Positions 38,543 through 53,302 are shown, numbered from the whole stretch's first letter. The stretch: DNA of 63,352 bases, filler included, from Octopus bimaculoides (GCF_001194135.2; 11 parts of 10 records of this genome joined end to end with filler, not necessarily neighbours in it); one strand, 5' to 3'. Notes: generated by a model not told the origin, from the sequence alone. Numbers and translations are program-made.

Positions 38543-38603
38543 GATTAACTGTTTTCCTTGATTAACTGTTTTCCTTGATTAACTGTTTTCCTTGATTAAC
38601 TGT
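38543..38603. repeat. Perfect 17-bp minisatellite, 3.6 copies
   Basis: (gattaactgttttcctt)x3 followed by gattaactgt. Confidence 0.95.
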
Positions 38604-41400
38604 ATACAAGTCTAACATTGCTTCCATCTCAGTTCATTGGTTCCATTCTTGCATTCTTACCATTTGTTCATGTTTAAGATGGAAGAAATCTTCGCCGGAT
38701 TCCAAGCTACAGAACAAACAAACGTTCATGATTTTATTTAAGCTAGTAATACCCCTCTAGTGCTTACACGATAGTAAGTACTTTTAATGGTTGACATGGG
38801 AAACATCAGTAGTCAATGATCATAGTCCATTTACAGAGAACCTAAGATTAAGGGCGAGGAAAATGGAGAAAAACATCAAGTTCTTCTCAGTTCATTGATC
38901 TTGAAACAGACGACTTTAATAAAAGACCTCAGTTATCAGGTGACTGATGCAGACTACTACCTAAGATCATGTAGAGTCCTTTCAACAGGATTCCTCACAG
39001 TTTCCATACCGGGGCTTGAGGTTGTTGTGGACGTAGATCTCCGTCAGCGTGCTTCCCAAGTTTCTACTCAATGGATTGTAATCTGGAACCACAGATCAAC
39101 GAAGCTATGTCTTCCAGACCACGGTTACTGATTAAGCTATTCTTCAGATCTTACAAGACGTGCTTCGATGAAATATCAATCACCGTTTATCGATCTCTCC
39201 ATCATAAAGTGTTCCTTTTCTTCCTGTACATAACATTGCTTTTTCTACTCTCCTATAAAACAGTATTTGTTCCTCCATCTCTGTCCCGCTGTCTCTGTCT
39301 ATCTGTCTGTCAGTCTATCTATCTGTCTGTCAGTCTGTCTATCTGTCTGTCAGTCTGTCTCTGTCTTTCTATCTGTCTGTCTGTCTGTCTGTCTGCCTGT
39401 CTGCCTGTCTGTCTATCTCTCTGTCTGTCTCTCTCCCATACCAAGCATACTATTCATACAATTTCATTTCCAAACACTTATTCCTTCATAATACTAGCCC
39501 CCTTACACTATATATGTAACCATCTTCTGATGAGAACCCAATAAGACATGTTTCTGAGTCTTTGCTCGTCATCAGTCTGGAGTAGCATGACCTGCTGGTC
39601 GAAGATGCCCGTCAAGCTCTTGTAAACATATAATAACTCTAGTGAAATGCATTCACTGATTTCAAATTTAGAAATAATACATTTGGTTGGAGGTGTTTGT
39701 CTCCCCCTTGTAAACATAAGGACACAGAAAATATGTCAAGGCCGACAGGAAGCGGTGCAGCTTCCTAGGTCTAACCAACAGTAGTATTATTCCCTTCAGG
39801 GGACTGTCACATTAAGTTGAGTACATACAACTACTTCATCGATTAAGGTTGTTCATCATTTTTTCAGTCTACGGAGAAATGGCTAAAATTTGCCCTATTT
39901 ATGATTATATCCTATGTTACANNNNNNNNNNNNNNNNNNNNNNNNNNNNNNNNNNNNNNNNNNNNNNNNNNNNNNNNNNNNNNNNNNNNNNNNNNNNNNN
40001 NNNNNNNNNNNNNNNNNNNNNNNNNNNNNNNNNNNNNNNNNNNNNNNNNNNNNNNNNNNNNNNNNNNNNNNNNNNNNNNNNNNNNNNNNNNNNNNNNNNN
40101 NNNNNNNNNNNNNNNNNNNNNNNNNNNNNNNNNNNNNNNNNNNNNNNNNNNNNNNNNNNNNNNNNNNNNNNNNNNNNNNNNNNNNNNNNNNNNNNNNNNN
40201 NNNNNNNNNNNNNNNNNNNNNNNNNNNNNNNNNNNNNNNNNNNNNNNNNNNNNNNNNNNNNNNNNNNNNNNNNNNNNNNNNNNNNNNNNNNNNNNNNNNN
40301 NNNNNNNNNNNNNNNNNNNNNNNNNNNNNNNNNNNNNNNNNNNNNNNNNNNNNNNNNNNNNNNNNNNNNNNNNNNNNNNNNNNNNNNNNNNNNNNNNNNN
40401 NNNNNNNNNNNNNNNNNNNNNNNNNNNNNNNNNNNNNNNNNNNNNNNNNNNNNNNNNNNNNNACCACGACGACGACGCAACGACGACGACGACGACCACT
40501 ACCACCACCACCACCACCACCACCACCACCACCACTACTACTACTACTGCTACTACTTGCTACTGAGTCGCTGGACATCAGAGTCATTAGCCATCTGTCA
40601 TATTCACCAAAAGGTTTAGCTTTTGCTAATATTTCATAGAAACTCTCTGTCTGATTGATTATCTGTTCTCCGCAATCATCCACCCTCCTTTCTGTTTCAT
40701 CCACATCCAACTTTGTTTCGTGTAGGATTATCTCAGATCTATAAAGACTACCAATCAATGGCTAATAGCGATAAAAAAAACAACTCTTCCTGTCTCCCCT
40801 TTTATCTCTAATCTCTTCAAGCAGTTCTCACTTGTTTAGGGTCAACTCTTAATCTATTTACTGATGTCTAGCATCTACTTCGTACTAATTTTTCTAGTCC
40901 TCCTCTCGTCATATTCGTTTATAAGATCGCCTTTCATCTTTACTAATCTCTTCTCTTACAAAATTCACTTTCTTCTCAGCTTTTTAGACTCTATTTTATA
41001 ATGGTTTTCTGGCCAGAAGTGAAAAGCAGTTTCTTTTGTGTTCCTTTGCAATATTTGCCATTATTCGTTGCCCATGAGTGATTACTACGCAACAAGTGTT
41101 TTGTTTCGACGCTGAATTCTACTATACAATCGATCTACGGTTTAATTTAGTAAATACTGTGTGAAATGCATAAAAGTAATCACCTTGTCACTCTATGCAA
41201 TGTCTTTTGCGGATCGATAAAGAGGGATCAACAGACTTGATTTAACCCTGTGTTGGGTATTCATCATCGACTGAGTAACCTTTCTTACTCTACATGGAAG
41301 CTTCACAAACAAACCCACTATCACTAGCTGTCAAAAATGCGTTACATATGCAAATTGGTCTCCGATTTACTAAGACCATTTGTAATAATAGAATTATAGT

Positions 41401-41780
41401 GGAGGCTCAATGGTCCAGTGGTTAGGGCGGCGGACTCGCAGTCATTGGATTGCAGTTTCGATTCTCAGACCGAGCGTTGTGAGTGTTCATTGAGCGAAAA
41501 CACCAAAAGCTCCACGAGGCACTGGCAGGGGAGAGTGGCGAATCTTGCTGTATTCTTTCACCACAACTTTCTCTCACTCTTTCTTCCTGTTTCTGTTGTA
41601 CCTGTATTTCAAAGGGCTAGCTTTGTTACACTCTGCATCACGCTGAATCTCCCCGAGAACTACATTAAGGGTACACGTGTCTGTGAACTGCTCAGTCACT
41701 TGGACGTTAATTTCACGAGCAGGCTGTTCCGTTGATCAGATCAACTGGAACCCTCGTCGTCGTAACCGACGGAGTGCCAC
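41401..41780 (+). mobile_element. Full-length tRNA-headed SINE family 'F'
   Basis: Same as 20094-20472 in the opposite orientation. Confidence 0.9.
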
Positions 41781-42114
41781 GAATAGAATTATAAGTAGCG
41801 TCGCTGTGGACAGTGAAAGATGGTCGTCTGTCATTCATACAATCTCTACTGAAACCAATGCGGTTGATTCTTATTTTTCTGGCCGCAATAATACAATATG
41901 TAAAGACAGGATTTTTGCACCTGTCAACACAGATCGTGTTAACTAAAGAATTTACAGGTATATCCTATGTTACTATATAACATCCATTAGATATTTATTT
42001 TTCTAACAGCACATTTTAAAGTATCAATTTTATAACTGTCGTCACGTTTCATGTATAATGTGGAGCATTATGTTCAAAGGAAATATAAATTCCTAGATTT
42101 TCAAAAGAAACCAT

Positions 42115-42175
<61 letters not shown>

Positions 42176-42730
42176 NNNNNNNNNNNNNNNNNNNNNNNNN
42201 NNNNNNNNNNNNNNNNNNNTTAATTAATTAANNNNNNNNNNNNNNNNNNNNNNNNNNNNNNNNNNNNNNNNNNNNGTTTATGTATATATATATATATAGA
42301 CATGTATATATAGATGTTTATGTATATATATATATATAGACATGTATATATAGATGTTTATGTATATATATATATATAGACATGTATATATAGATGTTTA
42401 TGTATATATATATAGACATGTATATATAGATGTTTATGTATATATATATATATGTACATATGTGTATATAGATGTATATGTCTATATGTATACAGACGTA
42501 TATGTATATAGATGTATATATGTGTGTATATATGTATTTTATTTATGCGCCCTTTTAAAGCCTGTATATATATATATATATATATTTATAGATGTTTATA
42601 GATATATATGTATGTATATGTGTATATTTAAATATATGCATATATATATATATATACACATTCATATATATATATATATTTATAGATGTTTATAGATATA
42701 TATGTATGTATATGTGTATATTTAAATATA

Positions 42731-42774
<44 letters not shown>

Positions 42775-43339
42775 TTCATACATATGCCATATATGCAAAT
42801 ATATCTATGTATATTTATACACATGAATATACATCTTCGTATATTTATAAGTATGTAAATATATCTATGTATATTTATACATATGTATATGCATCTATAC
42901 ATATTTATACATGTATTTACATCTATATATATGTATATACATCTACATATATTTATGTATATGTATATTTATAAATGCGTGTGTATACATGTATATTTGT
43001 ATGTGCATGTATGTATAATTATATGCGTATATGTTCACCTATATGTATGAATGTAAAGATACTTTTTTTTTGTATTCTGCGACTGTATACACGCTTGTGT
43101 GTGTGTGTGTGTGTGTGTGCACTTGCTGAATTATAAGATGTGAAATTAGATGATTTTCGTGTTATTGTATGTATAGTCGGTCCAGTGTTTCATTTCACCT
43201 GTAATCGGAGTTATAAATATTGACTGTGATCTGCACTTCACTGTACCAGATCGGCACAAGTATTTGACTGGCATTTCATTTTATCGACCCTCGAAGCATT
43301 ATAGGCAATAGTCGCCACAAATACCACAAGATGTGTGTG

Positions 43340-44575
43340 TGTGTGTACTTGCTTGGTCTGGGTTACAGGGCAGTGCCTATGGCCTTTCCGTACCTAGAAG
43401 TGCCTGTGAAATTAAGGCCATTAATGTCTCTCATGATCCTTTACAAGTCAACATCTGCAGAAATGAAAGGAGCAGGGTGGGAAAGCCACAGGGCCGACGT
43501 TTATAAAAGAGGATACAAGGCGTATTGTTTAGTTCATGGACTGAAAGGTTGGAAATATAAAAGGTGATGTGTGAATCGGAGGTAAGTGGGTCAAGAATGT
43601 CTGAGAAGAGGTGGCTTGATCCTTGCAAATTCCGAGCGGCAGAAGCCATTGAGATTACCTGTAGAAAAGGCAGACGGGGGAGATAGAGTGCCTGCGAGCC
43701 AGAGTCTAGATCGTCGTCTCTGTGAGTGATTTTACGCCAGTCAGTCGGTTACCATTTTTTAATTTTTTTTATGTGGTCTAGGTTGCTTTTGTGTGTGTCA
43801 CAGCTACACCGTCACCAATGTGAGAGCAATGCTTCATTGTCGGCTTCATATAACCTTCGAAGCATGTCTATGATTGTTAGGTTCCAGAAGCGACTTCAGG
43901 CCCTGAAGAGTAGAGCTAGTCGTTAGGACGTTGTCCTAGCTATGCTATGGATATGCTTTTCCCAAGAGAGATACCCGTGATAGCCATTTAGAACGATTGT
44001 AAGGACTCTGGTTTCGTGTCGCCTATGATTTAGGTGGATTGTAGATAGATAATGTTTTATATGAGTAGCGATTGTTTTCTTTTGCTATTGGAAGAGACAG
44101 GTTTGACATGTCTCCATTGAAGAATGCTTTCGAGGTCTTCTCTCTGCATGGTGTCTGTGTGGGTTTGGCGTGTGGTGTCAAGGTTACGAGTGGATTATGT
44201 TTGGTTTAAAGGTTTGAGAAAAATTAACAGTAACGTCATTTACATAAGAGCAGTTGCTGTTGTTGGACGTGAGGGCAAGTAGGTCGTTGATGTGTATAGA
44301 AGGAAGGCAACGTGTGGGTGGGCTAAGAAAACACCCCTTAGGCACGCCGGAGTTGATAAACCGAGGGTTAAAAAGAGCTTCGTCCAAATACTTTGCCATA
44401 GTGAGACCTGATTGGAAGCTACCGATCTAAGGGATAGGTGTCGAGTGGGGTTCTAGGCGAACAGTTTCGATAGAGGATCTCGCGTGACTGACACCGTTGA
44501 AAATATTTATGTTGAGGGCGACAGGCGTTACTTTCACCAAAGTTTTCCAAGGCGAGAGCCAACTGGTGAATGACA
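43340..44575 (-). mobile_element. Decayed LINE reverse transcriptase and C-terminus (CR1/Jockey-type group)
   Basis: QLALALENFGES(RAVALDISKAF-like), NSGVPKGCFLSP...INDLLALTS...SYVNDVT (GVPQGSVLSP/YADD equivalents), plus downstream pieces with many frameshifts. Confidence 0.85.
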
Positions 44576-44729
44576 TTTGTGTGTGTGTGTACATACATAC
44601 ACACACACACACACAAATACACGTATATACATGCATTTGTGTAAGTATATTGGTATATAAACAGATGTGTGTGTCTTGTATGTTTGTGCGTATGCAGATA
44701 TAAGCGCATATATATATATATATATATAA

Positions 44730-45000
44730 TGTGTGTGTGTGTGTGTGTGTCTATGTATATGGGTTGTGTGTGTGTGTGTGTGTCTATGTATATGGGTTGT
44801 GTGTGTATATGTATATGGGTTGTGTGTGTGTGTGTGTGTGTGTGTCTATGTATATGTATATGGGTTGTGTGTGTGTGTCTATGTATATGGGTTGTGTGTG
44901 TGTGTGTGTGTGTCTATGTATATGGGGTGTGTGTGTGTGTGTCTATGTATATGTATATGGGTTGTGTGTGTGTCTATGTATATGTATATGGGTTGTGTGT
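44730..45000. repeat. Compound minisatellite [(GT)n-CTATGTATATGGGTT] repeated about 9 times
   Basis: Fixed tag ctatgtat(atgtat)atgggtt separated by variable (gt)n. Confidence 0.9.
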
Positions 45001-46708
45001 ATTTGTGCATATATACTTCCAGTGTATATACGTGTGTGTGTGTTATGTTGCGAGAGAAAATGTAACATTAATGACACAGTTATTTTATATTCTTCGTCTG
45101 TAAGAGTATTACCTCTAGCAGTCCTCTACAATATTCTCGGATCGCTTGTTCCCTTCAATGAATGTGGGCTCTGACTAAAATATATATGTTGTGAGTGCCA
45201 GCTGTTGTAGATTTTAATATCTATTATTTTTTTGTCCGTGTTCTTCTTGGCGGTAGTGTATTGGACGACTTTTAACTATTACTTCTGCCGCCCGATTCTT
45301 ATTACACTTTACATGTGTAGATCCTTTCCACGGCTGGTTTATTCACTCTATTTTAATTGATCGTTGGATAAACAAAAAGAAAAAAAAAACATTAGTTTCT
45401 GAAATATTGGTTTAAGATTATATAGTTTCGATAGTTTGAATCTGTCGACTGTATACAGTTAAAATGGAAAAAATGAATTTTTTGTCTAAGGTGTGTGCGG
45501 GAGGGCTAAAGTCACAGCAGTGAAGAGAACCACTTATAATAGCGTTACTCATGTTAATGTACCGTCACTTCCCGTTTATTTATATATTTTATCTATCTAT
45601 TTATTTTATGTTTTTATTGTCGTTTCAATTAAAACATTCATTATCAGACAAAAAACGTAGAGGTGGGTCTCTTTCTAAAATAGCCCAACCCATCTTGTAC
45701 CTGTCATTCAGCCTGGAAGTGACAACAGTGGGTGTATTAATAATGTGCGTTAAGTGAGGATTTGATATATATATATGTGTGTGTGTGCGTCCGTGCGATA
45801 TTATTTAGCTAAAAAAAAAACAAATTTCATCGTACTTTTTGTTTTAAACGAAGTGTAGATTTATTTGAGTTTTAGCCACCAAATATTATGAGTGGATCAT
45901 ATACCATCTGTGTGTGTGTGTGTGTGTATTTTACAAAATGGTAATTCATCGGGTGTAAAGGAAAGAATATGCGAGCTTTAGTTAATGACGTTATACTACA
46001 ATAATATAAGTTAGTAGTAGGATAGAAAATAGCTTCTCATTTCTGATGTCTTTATATACTTTACCTTCCTACCTATATATATATATATATCTGGTCTATC
46101 TTTTGTGTTTGTGCGTCTACTTGAAATTAACGAGTGTGTATGGTGGGTAGGTGGTGAGATGCACCCGTTTTATACTTTAGTAGTAACCGTCAAACAACAA
46201 CGTCAATGTTTCGTGTGTGAGCGAATACATACAGGTGGCTTCAATTTAAGGTACATTCCAATGTATCAGTCTACCGTCCGTCTGAAATTCTTGTTTCTCG
46301 TGTGTGAGATTTAGATTCGATTTCTGCACTGCACGAGTTATGTCTCCCCCCCTCCTCTTACCATTTCTCTCTCTATCTCTCTTTCTCTCTCTTCACTTTC
46401 TCTCTCTCTCTCTCTCTCTCTCTTTAGTAGGTATAAGACTGCAGTTTCGCAGCAGATATATACATATACCACTTCTGTCAACACTGTCACATAATTACAA
46501 CCACCGTCGCAAGCACCACTACTACCTTTCTCATTCATTATTCCAGTAAAATCTCAACTACTACATCCCTGTAGGCACCACATCCACTTCACACGCACAC
46601 GCACACGCACACACACACACACACACATACATCGCAGCCAACAGTCACATTACCTTTATAACATCACAATTACACTACTACATCGACGTCCTCTGTTACA
46701 CTCTACAT

Positions 46709-46847
46709 CAAGCATGGACAACCTTTTTCGGGAAGCACGAGACATGGCTCGTCATCAGGTGGGCCGCACTTCTAAAAAATTCATGGTAGCTTTTCCGTTA
46801 GGCGTGCCATTCAGAGAGTCCCACGGGCCGCAGTTTGCCCATGACTG
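46709..46847. mobile_element. hAT (Charlie-type) MITE, 139 bp
   Basis: Imperfect TIRs caagcatggacaac / (rc) cagtcatgggcaaac, subterminal gggccgca x2, and an 8-bp TSD ctctacat (46701-46708) / ttctacat (46848-46855). Confidence 0.75.
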
Positions 46848-48269
46848 TTCTACATCAATTTCCTTGTATCCTTGTCTCTAGGCACGAAGACTAACTAAAC
46901 ATTACACCTACCAGAAACCACTACCATCTTATATGAAAACAAGGCGGTGGGGTGTGCTTTGAAACCTATCGCGGGTTTATGAGAGTGCTAAAGTGTTGGG
47001 TGTGTAGCCTTGAGGTGTTGTTGGTGGGAGTCGTGGCAGTACGCGCACACGCACACACAGTGCGATCGTCAGTCACATTAGAGAATAACTCGGTGTTCTC
47101 TGCATGTACCGTTCTCTCACTGATTATTTTAGGTGCCCGTATAGTCGCGATCAAACAAACACTTCTCTCGGTCTTATCTTTTAACCCTGTTGAATAACCA
47201 AGATATGGCAGCACTGGGCTAGTACTTTAATTATCGGTCCACAAAAGGATGAAAGTTGAAGTTGCACTAACTGTAAGCTCAGAAAACCCAAACGTACGTC
47301 GCAGCGCATTCTGTCCGACGTTCTAACATCTTTACTGAACGGGACTGCCTTATATATGTGTGTGCGGCGCGTGCGCGCGCCTGTCTGCCTTTTATGTTGC
47401 TGCTTTTTATTTTGAACGCTTTCGTTTCTAGTGAATACCATTACGAATACCATTTGTGAAAGCTAAACACAGAATGCAGTTTTCTGGGGGTTTTTTAAGA
47501 TAGTAAAAGCTTCGCAACTAAACTCACTTTATATCCTAAATATTTCACACAAACATACGCGCTATACCTTATCAACCGAACTACTACAACTCTACCCCAG
47601 ACATCACCTGATGCTCCCAACACCTAGCTACTACAACCAATCGGCAAACAGTTTCCCCAGCATTCACCAACACCACCTACCAATTACCATCGAAACATCA
47701 ATGAAGTTAGCAGAAACACTTAAACAAACTTCAGAAAAGCACAGATGAACGAGTTCCGTCAAGAAACAGAATCAAAGTTTCAGAATTCACCGATCGCGAA
47801 CATCAATCGATCGACACTGCAATATTAAACAATAGCAGCTGAGGGGAAATACTTCAGGAGAGTGTTCTGCATACGAAATATAAAAAGGTAGGGTCTCACA
47901 TATGTAATATAGTTAGTTGAAAAATTTCAATCGACTAAAATTATCTAAGCAATTAGTATAATAGACAAATTCTCTCTGGGATTGCTTGAAATGTAATTTT
48001 TAAAAACGCATGTGAAATAATTCGAAAAAGGTAAGCTGATTGAAATTTTTGATCAATATAAGTAACTTAGATTGAAGTGAGTTTGATTTTACAGCCAACT
48101 GGTGAAATAACGGATAAGTTTCGGTCTTATCAGACCTCCCCAGTGAACTACGTTCTTATTTGGCAAGACGCAAGACTCAGTGTTATAGAAATGGATGGAA
48201 TGTAGGGACCGTTGGTTATGTATGAAAACAATATAATCGAGGGAAAATATTTCGGGGGTACAGTCTGCA

Positions 48270-48313
<44 letters not shown>

Positions 48314-49445
48314 GCTCATATGTAATATATTGAATACATACGCGCAAACGGTGGGATGTTATTTATGTAATTACCGAGTTGAAAACTTCGATCTGCTGAG
48401 ATTATCTAATCAATTAGTGCATTAAACTCTCTGTAATGATACTTGAAAATGTTTAATAAAATTATTAAGATCACTTGATCAAAAAGTTTTTGGACATTTC
48501 AGATTAGAGTGGGTTTGAGTCCTTATTAAAGCAAACTGGTTTACTATTGCACAAAAATAGAGACCCGGAAAAAATATATATATTCTCACTATTTATTATT
48601 ATGAATTATTTATTTCCACCACTATTATTTCTTATCGCTTCTATCTGAATGTTACTCTAAATGTTGATTCGGATGATTGACCATTTTCAAGTGTATAGAT
48701 TTTTTTTTAACCCACAGAGACACGTTATTTTTGTTTTCTCAAATTTTCAGCTGATTTCGGTAGATTTCCCTTCGGTTTAAAATTGTGACCACAGCGGTGT
48801 ATGTGTGTAACAATGCTCTTACGATGCTCTGTCTGTCAGTTTATCTAGCTATCTATCTGTCTGTCTATCGATGAAAACAAGCTTTTATGTAGAAACATTG
48901 ATTCATGTCCAGGAAATATATACTATACATTACGTATGTTTATTTTAATGTATGTACCTTGATTTATTTTCGAATTGTACACGTGTATTATCTGCATCTA
49001 CGCATTTATTTTCGGTTTCTTTCTCTTTTATTACTATTATTTATTTGTTTACTTATTTATTTATTGGTATATGAATGTATGTATTACATACGTACATGTT
49101 TATATCTATGAACAGTCTGGTGATGATCTACTCAGTTTGATGCACATGAAATACAGGTACGACTTGGCAAGGCGTGCGTGCTTTACTTTTGAAATACACA
49201 AATGTATCTCTTTACATTAATATATGACTCTACACACTTCTAACGCTGTATTTAATTGTTAAGAGTTGCTAAAAAGTCTTGTTTCCAAATAGAAATAGAC
49301 GGATGTGCTGTGTTGAATAAGAGTAACAAATTCCTCTTCGTACAATCTCACACCAAGAGACACACTTCTTTTGTTAGGTACAATAGAGTCCAATATATTA
49401 TTGCTAATGCTAATATTATTGATAATATCATTATTAATATTTTCA

Positions 49446-50076
49446 AGACGGCAGCGAGCTGACAGAACCGTTCGCACGCCGGGCAATATCCTTAGCGGTG
49501 TTTCGTCCGTTTTTACTTTCTGAGTTCGAATTCCGCCGAGGTCGACTTTGTCTTTTATTTTTTCGGGGTCGATGAAATAAATAACAATTTAGCACTGTGG
49601 TCGATGTAATCGACTTTCCCCCTCCTCACAATTTCAGGCCTTGTACCTATAGTAAAAAGGATTATTATTATTATCGAGGCGGCAGCGATCTGTCAGTATC
49701 GTTAGGACGCCGGGTAAAATGCTTAGCGGCATTTTGTCCGTCGCTACGTTCTGAGTTCAAATTCCGCCGAGGTCAACTTTACCTTTCATCCTTTCGAGAG
49801 TCGATAAAATAAGTACCAGCTGAACACTATGGTCGATGTAATCGGCTTAACCCCCTCCCCCAAATGTCAAGCCTTGTGCCTATAATAGAAAGAATTATTA
49901 AATGCCACTTCTGCTGTTCGTCACTCTTATCCCTTTATCTGTATGCAGGCGAGCTGGCAGAATCGTTAGAGCATCGGGGAAAATGCTTTTGCGGTACTTT
50001 TCCGACTCTTTAAGCTCTACGTTCGAATCTCAACGAAGTTACCTTTGTCTTTCATTCCTTCAGGATCGATAAAATT
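49446..50076 (+). mobile_element. Three head-to-tail SINE 'A' copies
   Basis: Copies at about 49446-49665, 49676-49880 and 49946-50076 (cut by a gap), each with gagttc(a/g)aattccgccgaggtc or a variant. Confidence 0.9.
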
Positions 50077-50176
50077 NNNNNNNNNNNNNNNNNNNNNNNN
50101 NNNNNNNNNNNNNNNNNNNNTTAATTAATTAANNNNNNNNNNNNNNNNNNNNNNNNNNNNNNNNNNNNNNNNNNNN

Positions 50177-50223
<47 letters not shown>

Positions 50224-51685
50224 ATATATATACAAACATAACATGCATATGTGTGTATGCGTGTGTCTGTGTGCGTGGGTGTGCATATGTGTGTGTGTAC
50301 CTTGGTAAAAATATGAGCCACTGTAGGGAATATGAACTTTCTAACGCTCAGAATATTGCAATGTCGTGATTCACAAGATCCTCCGCCTCAACTCACGTCT
50401 CTAGAACTTATTAATAAATACATGACCCACTGCTGGTGAGATATCATAGGAACAAGATACGTTTGTTATTATATATCAGTAATTATACTAAATTAAGTCA
50501 CAGGTATGCGAAGGACGATGACAGTGCTTTGTATAGCTCCACATGTGTTAAACCTTGTCAATTTCCTAGAGTTGTTTGTCGCACGTTCACCATCCAACTG
50601 TATCAAGTATAACATCTACAGCCTAAATTGTAATAAGTGACGGTGCTGCATAATCTTGCTATCATTCAATTGCGCTCTCTCAGAGAAGCAACTCGTGACT
50701 TTGAGTTGTATTAAGGTTAACATTTTCATGCAAGGAGGAATGATTGAATGTGAAACTGAATTTTGTCGTTGAAAAGTAACCTTTGAGCAAACACCCTTGG
50801 AGCGAACAAAATGCAGATCGTCGTTTAAAAATGGTGTAAAACACTTTGTTTCAACTAGTATTAACAAGCTTAGGGGTGCAAGGCAGAGGTGAAAAGTGAC
50901 TGCAAATATACAGCCTACACTGACCTGTAAACCTCATATATGCAACATCTACGGGCTTCTTTGCAAATCGTTGGCGGAACTCAAATGTTACATTCGACAT
51001 AAAAATTATGATTGACAAAGAAAGTGTAGGTTGTCGGAGCGTCATACGCCGGAACCGACGGGAGAGTCTGCCTTATATATATATATATATNNNNNNNNNN
51101 NNNNNNNNNNNNNNNNNNNNNNNNNNNNNNNNNNNNNNNNNNNNNNNNNNNNNNNNNNNNNNNNNNNNNNNNNNNNNNNNNNNNNNNNNNNNNNNNNNNN
51201 NNNNNNNNNNNNNNNNNNNNNNNNNNNNNNNNNNNNNNNNNNNNNNNNNNNNNNNNNNNNNNNNNNNNNNNNNNNNNNNNNNNNNNNNNNNNNNNNNNNN
51301 NNNNNNNNNNNNNNNNNNNNNNNNNNNNNNNNNNNNNNNNNNNNNNNNNNNNNNNNNNNNNNNNNNNNNNNNNNNNNNNNNNNNNNNNNNNNNNNNNNNN
51401 NNNNNNNNNNNNNNNNNNNNNNNNNNNNNNNNNNNNNNATATAAGGTTTAGATTTAGATTCAAAAATTGAATATGGTACTTATGTTTAGGCACCAGAATA
51501 TAGTATGGTATGGTATTATATAAAAACCATTCCAAAAAACCATTCCAAAAACTAGGATTTATATATATATATATATATATATCTACCTATATACGTAAAC
51601 ACTAAATACACATACTCATATACTATACAGAAGTTGTTATATATATATGTATATATACGTGTGTGTGTATGTGTATATATATATA

Positions 51686-51726
<41 letters not shown>

Positions 51727-51786
51727 ATGCCTGTCTGTATGTATGTATGCATTATCTATCTATCTATCTGTCTATCTATTTATCTA

Positions 51787-51825
<39 letters not shown>

Positions 51826-53066
51826 ATATATATATATATAAATATATACACATACACATGTGCGTGTGTGTGTGTGTGTGTGTACATATATGCACACATC
51901 CCCACGCACATACACACACACTCGATGGGTTACCGCACAGTTTCCGGGAAATAAATTTATGAAAAGAGAGAAAAAGACCCCAAAACTAAGCAAAACATAA
52001 CAAATTAACTAAATAAATATAAATAAACTGGGAAAAGGGACAAGAGAGTGAAACATTGGGAAGAGGTAAAAGCAAGTGAAATGAACGGATAAGCATAATC
52101 CCACCCATAAACACATGAATGAAGCTGGGTTACGTACAGCAATAATTAAGCAAAATAAATAGATAAGCAAATACATAAACAACAAAGTAAATAAACTAAT
52201 AGCTAGCTAGCTAGTAGTAGTAATAAATCAATTTAGTATGAAATCTCTCAAGGGTTTCCCCCACCCCCACTCCGTGCTAAACAGCTACATACTAATTTTT
52301 TTTTTTGTTTTAGATATTTTTGTATTTTTTTTTTAGGGCTAGAGTGGGAATGGGTAAGCTATACTCTACTGATGTAGTTTACTAGTAACATATGTCCCTT
52401 GCTCACTTCATCTTATATGGTTTCCAATTTTGTCTGATTAGTCTCTCCTTTCCCTTGATGTGTATGCATGTATGTATGTATGTATGTATGTATGTATGTA
52501 TGTATGTATGTATGTATGTATGTATGTGCGTGTCTTTATTTATATATATANNNNNNNNNNNNNNNNNNNNNNNNNNNNNNNNNNNNNNNNNNNNTTAATT
52601 AATTAANNNNNNNNNNNNNNNNNNNNNNNNNNNNNNNNNNNNNNNNNNNNATATATATATATATATATGCATATTTACACAGTCGCACATACACAGACAT
52701 AAATACACTCACGTTGAAACGTCCATAGTACACATATGCATTGTACATATATACATCCACACATTTCAGGAAATACAGTGATACGAGCATGTGTGGGCGC
52801 GCGCGCGCAAATTTATGAATGATTGTATATAAATGCGGAGAAAGTTTTGCTGTATTATATAATTGACTCTAACCACTTCAGATAATGACCACCAGCCTAC
52901 CACACACACACACACACACACACACCCTACTCGTATACGTACACCGCCACATAGAGATCTCAGTCGCATATAGGATGAAGCCACAGGCGTATAAGTCTCC
53001 CACTGTGTTTTCTATTATTCACAACTCGTTTCGACACACCGTCCTCCTATTCAACTGTTATCTCTC

Positions 53067-53174
<108 letters not shown>

Positions 53175-53302
53175 CTATCTATCTATCTCTCTCTCTCTCT
53201 CTCTCTACGTCTTACCGCGTGTTGTATGAATTGGCGTATGTATAGATACATACATATATAACATACAGAGACTAGCACTTAACTATATGCGTGCTTGTGA
53301 GC

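Noticed and set aside
46725-46765. Minus-strand CTGATGA with a CGAG/CTCG stem
   Set aside because: GAAA is not adjacent to helix II, and the sequence lies inside a hAT MITE.
50920-50985. Minus-strand CAG|GTCAGT donor after FRQRFAKKPVDVAYMRFT
   Set aside because: The acceptor is weak and the peptide is unrecognised, so support is too thin.
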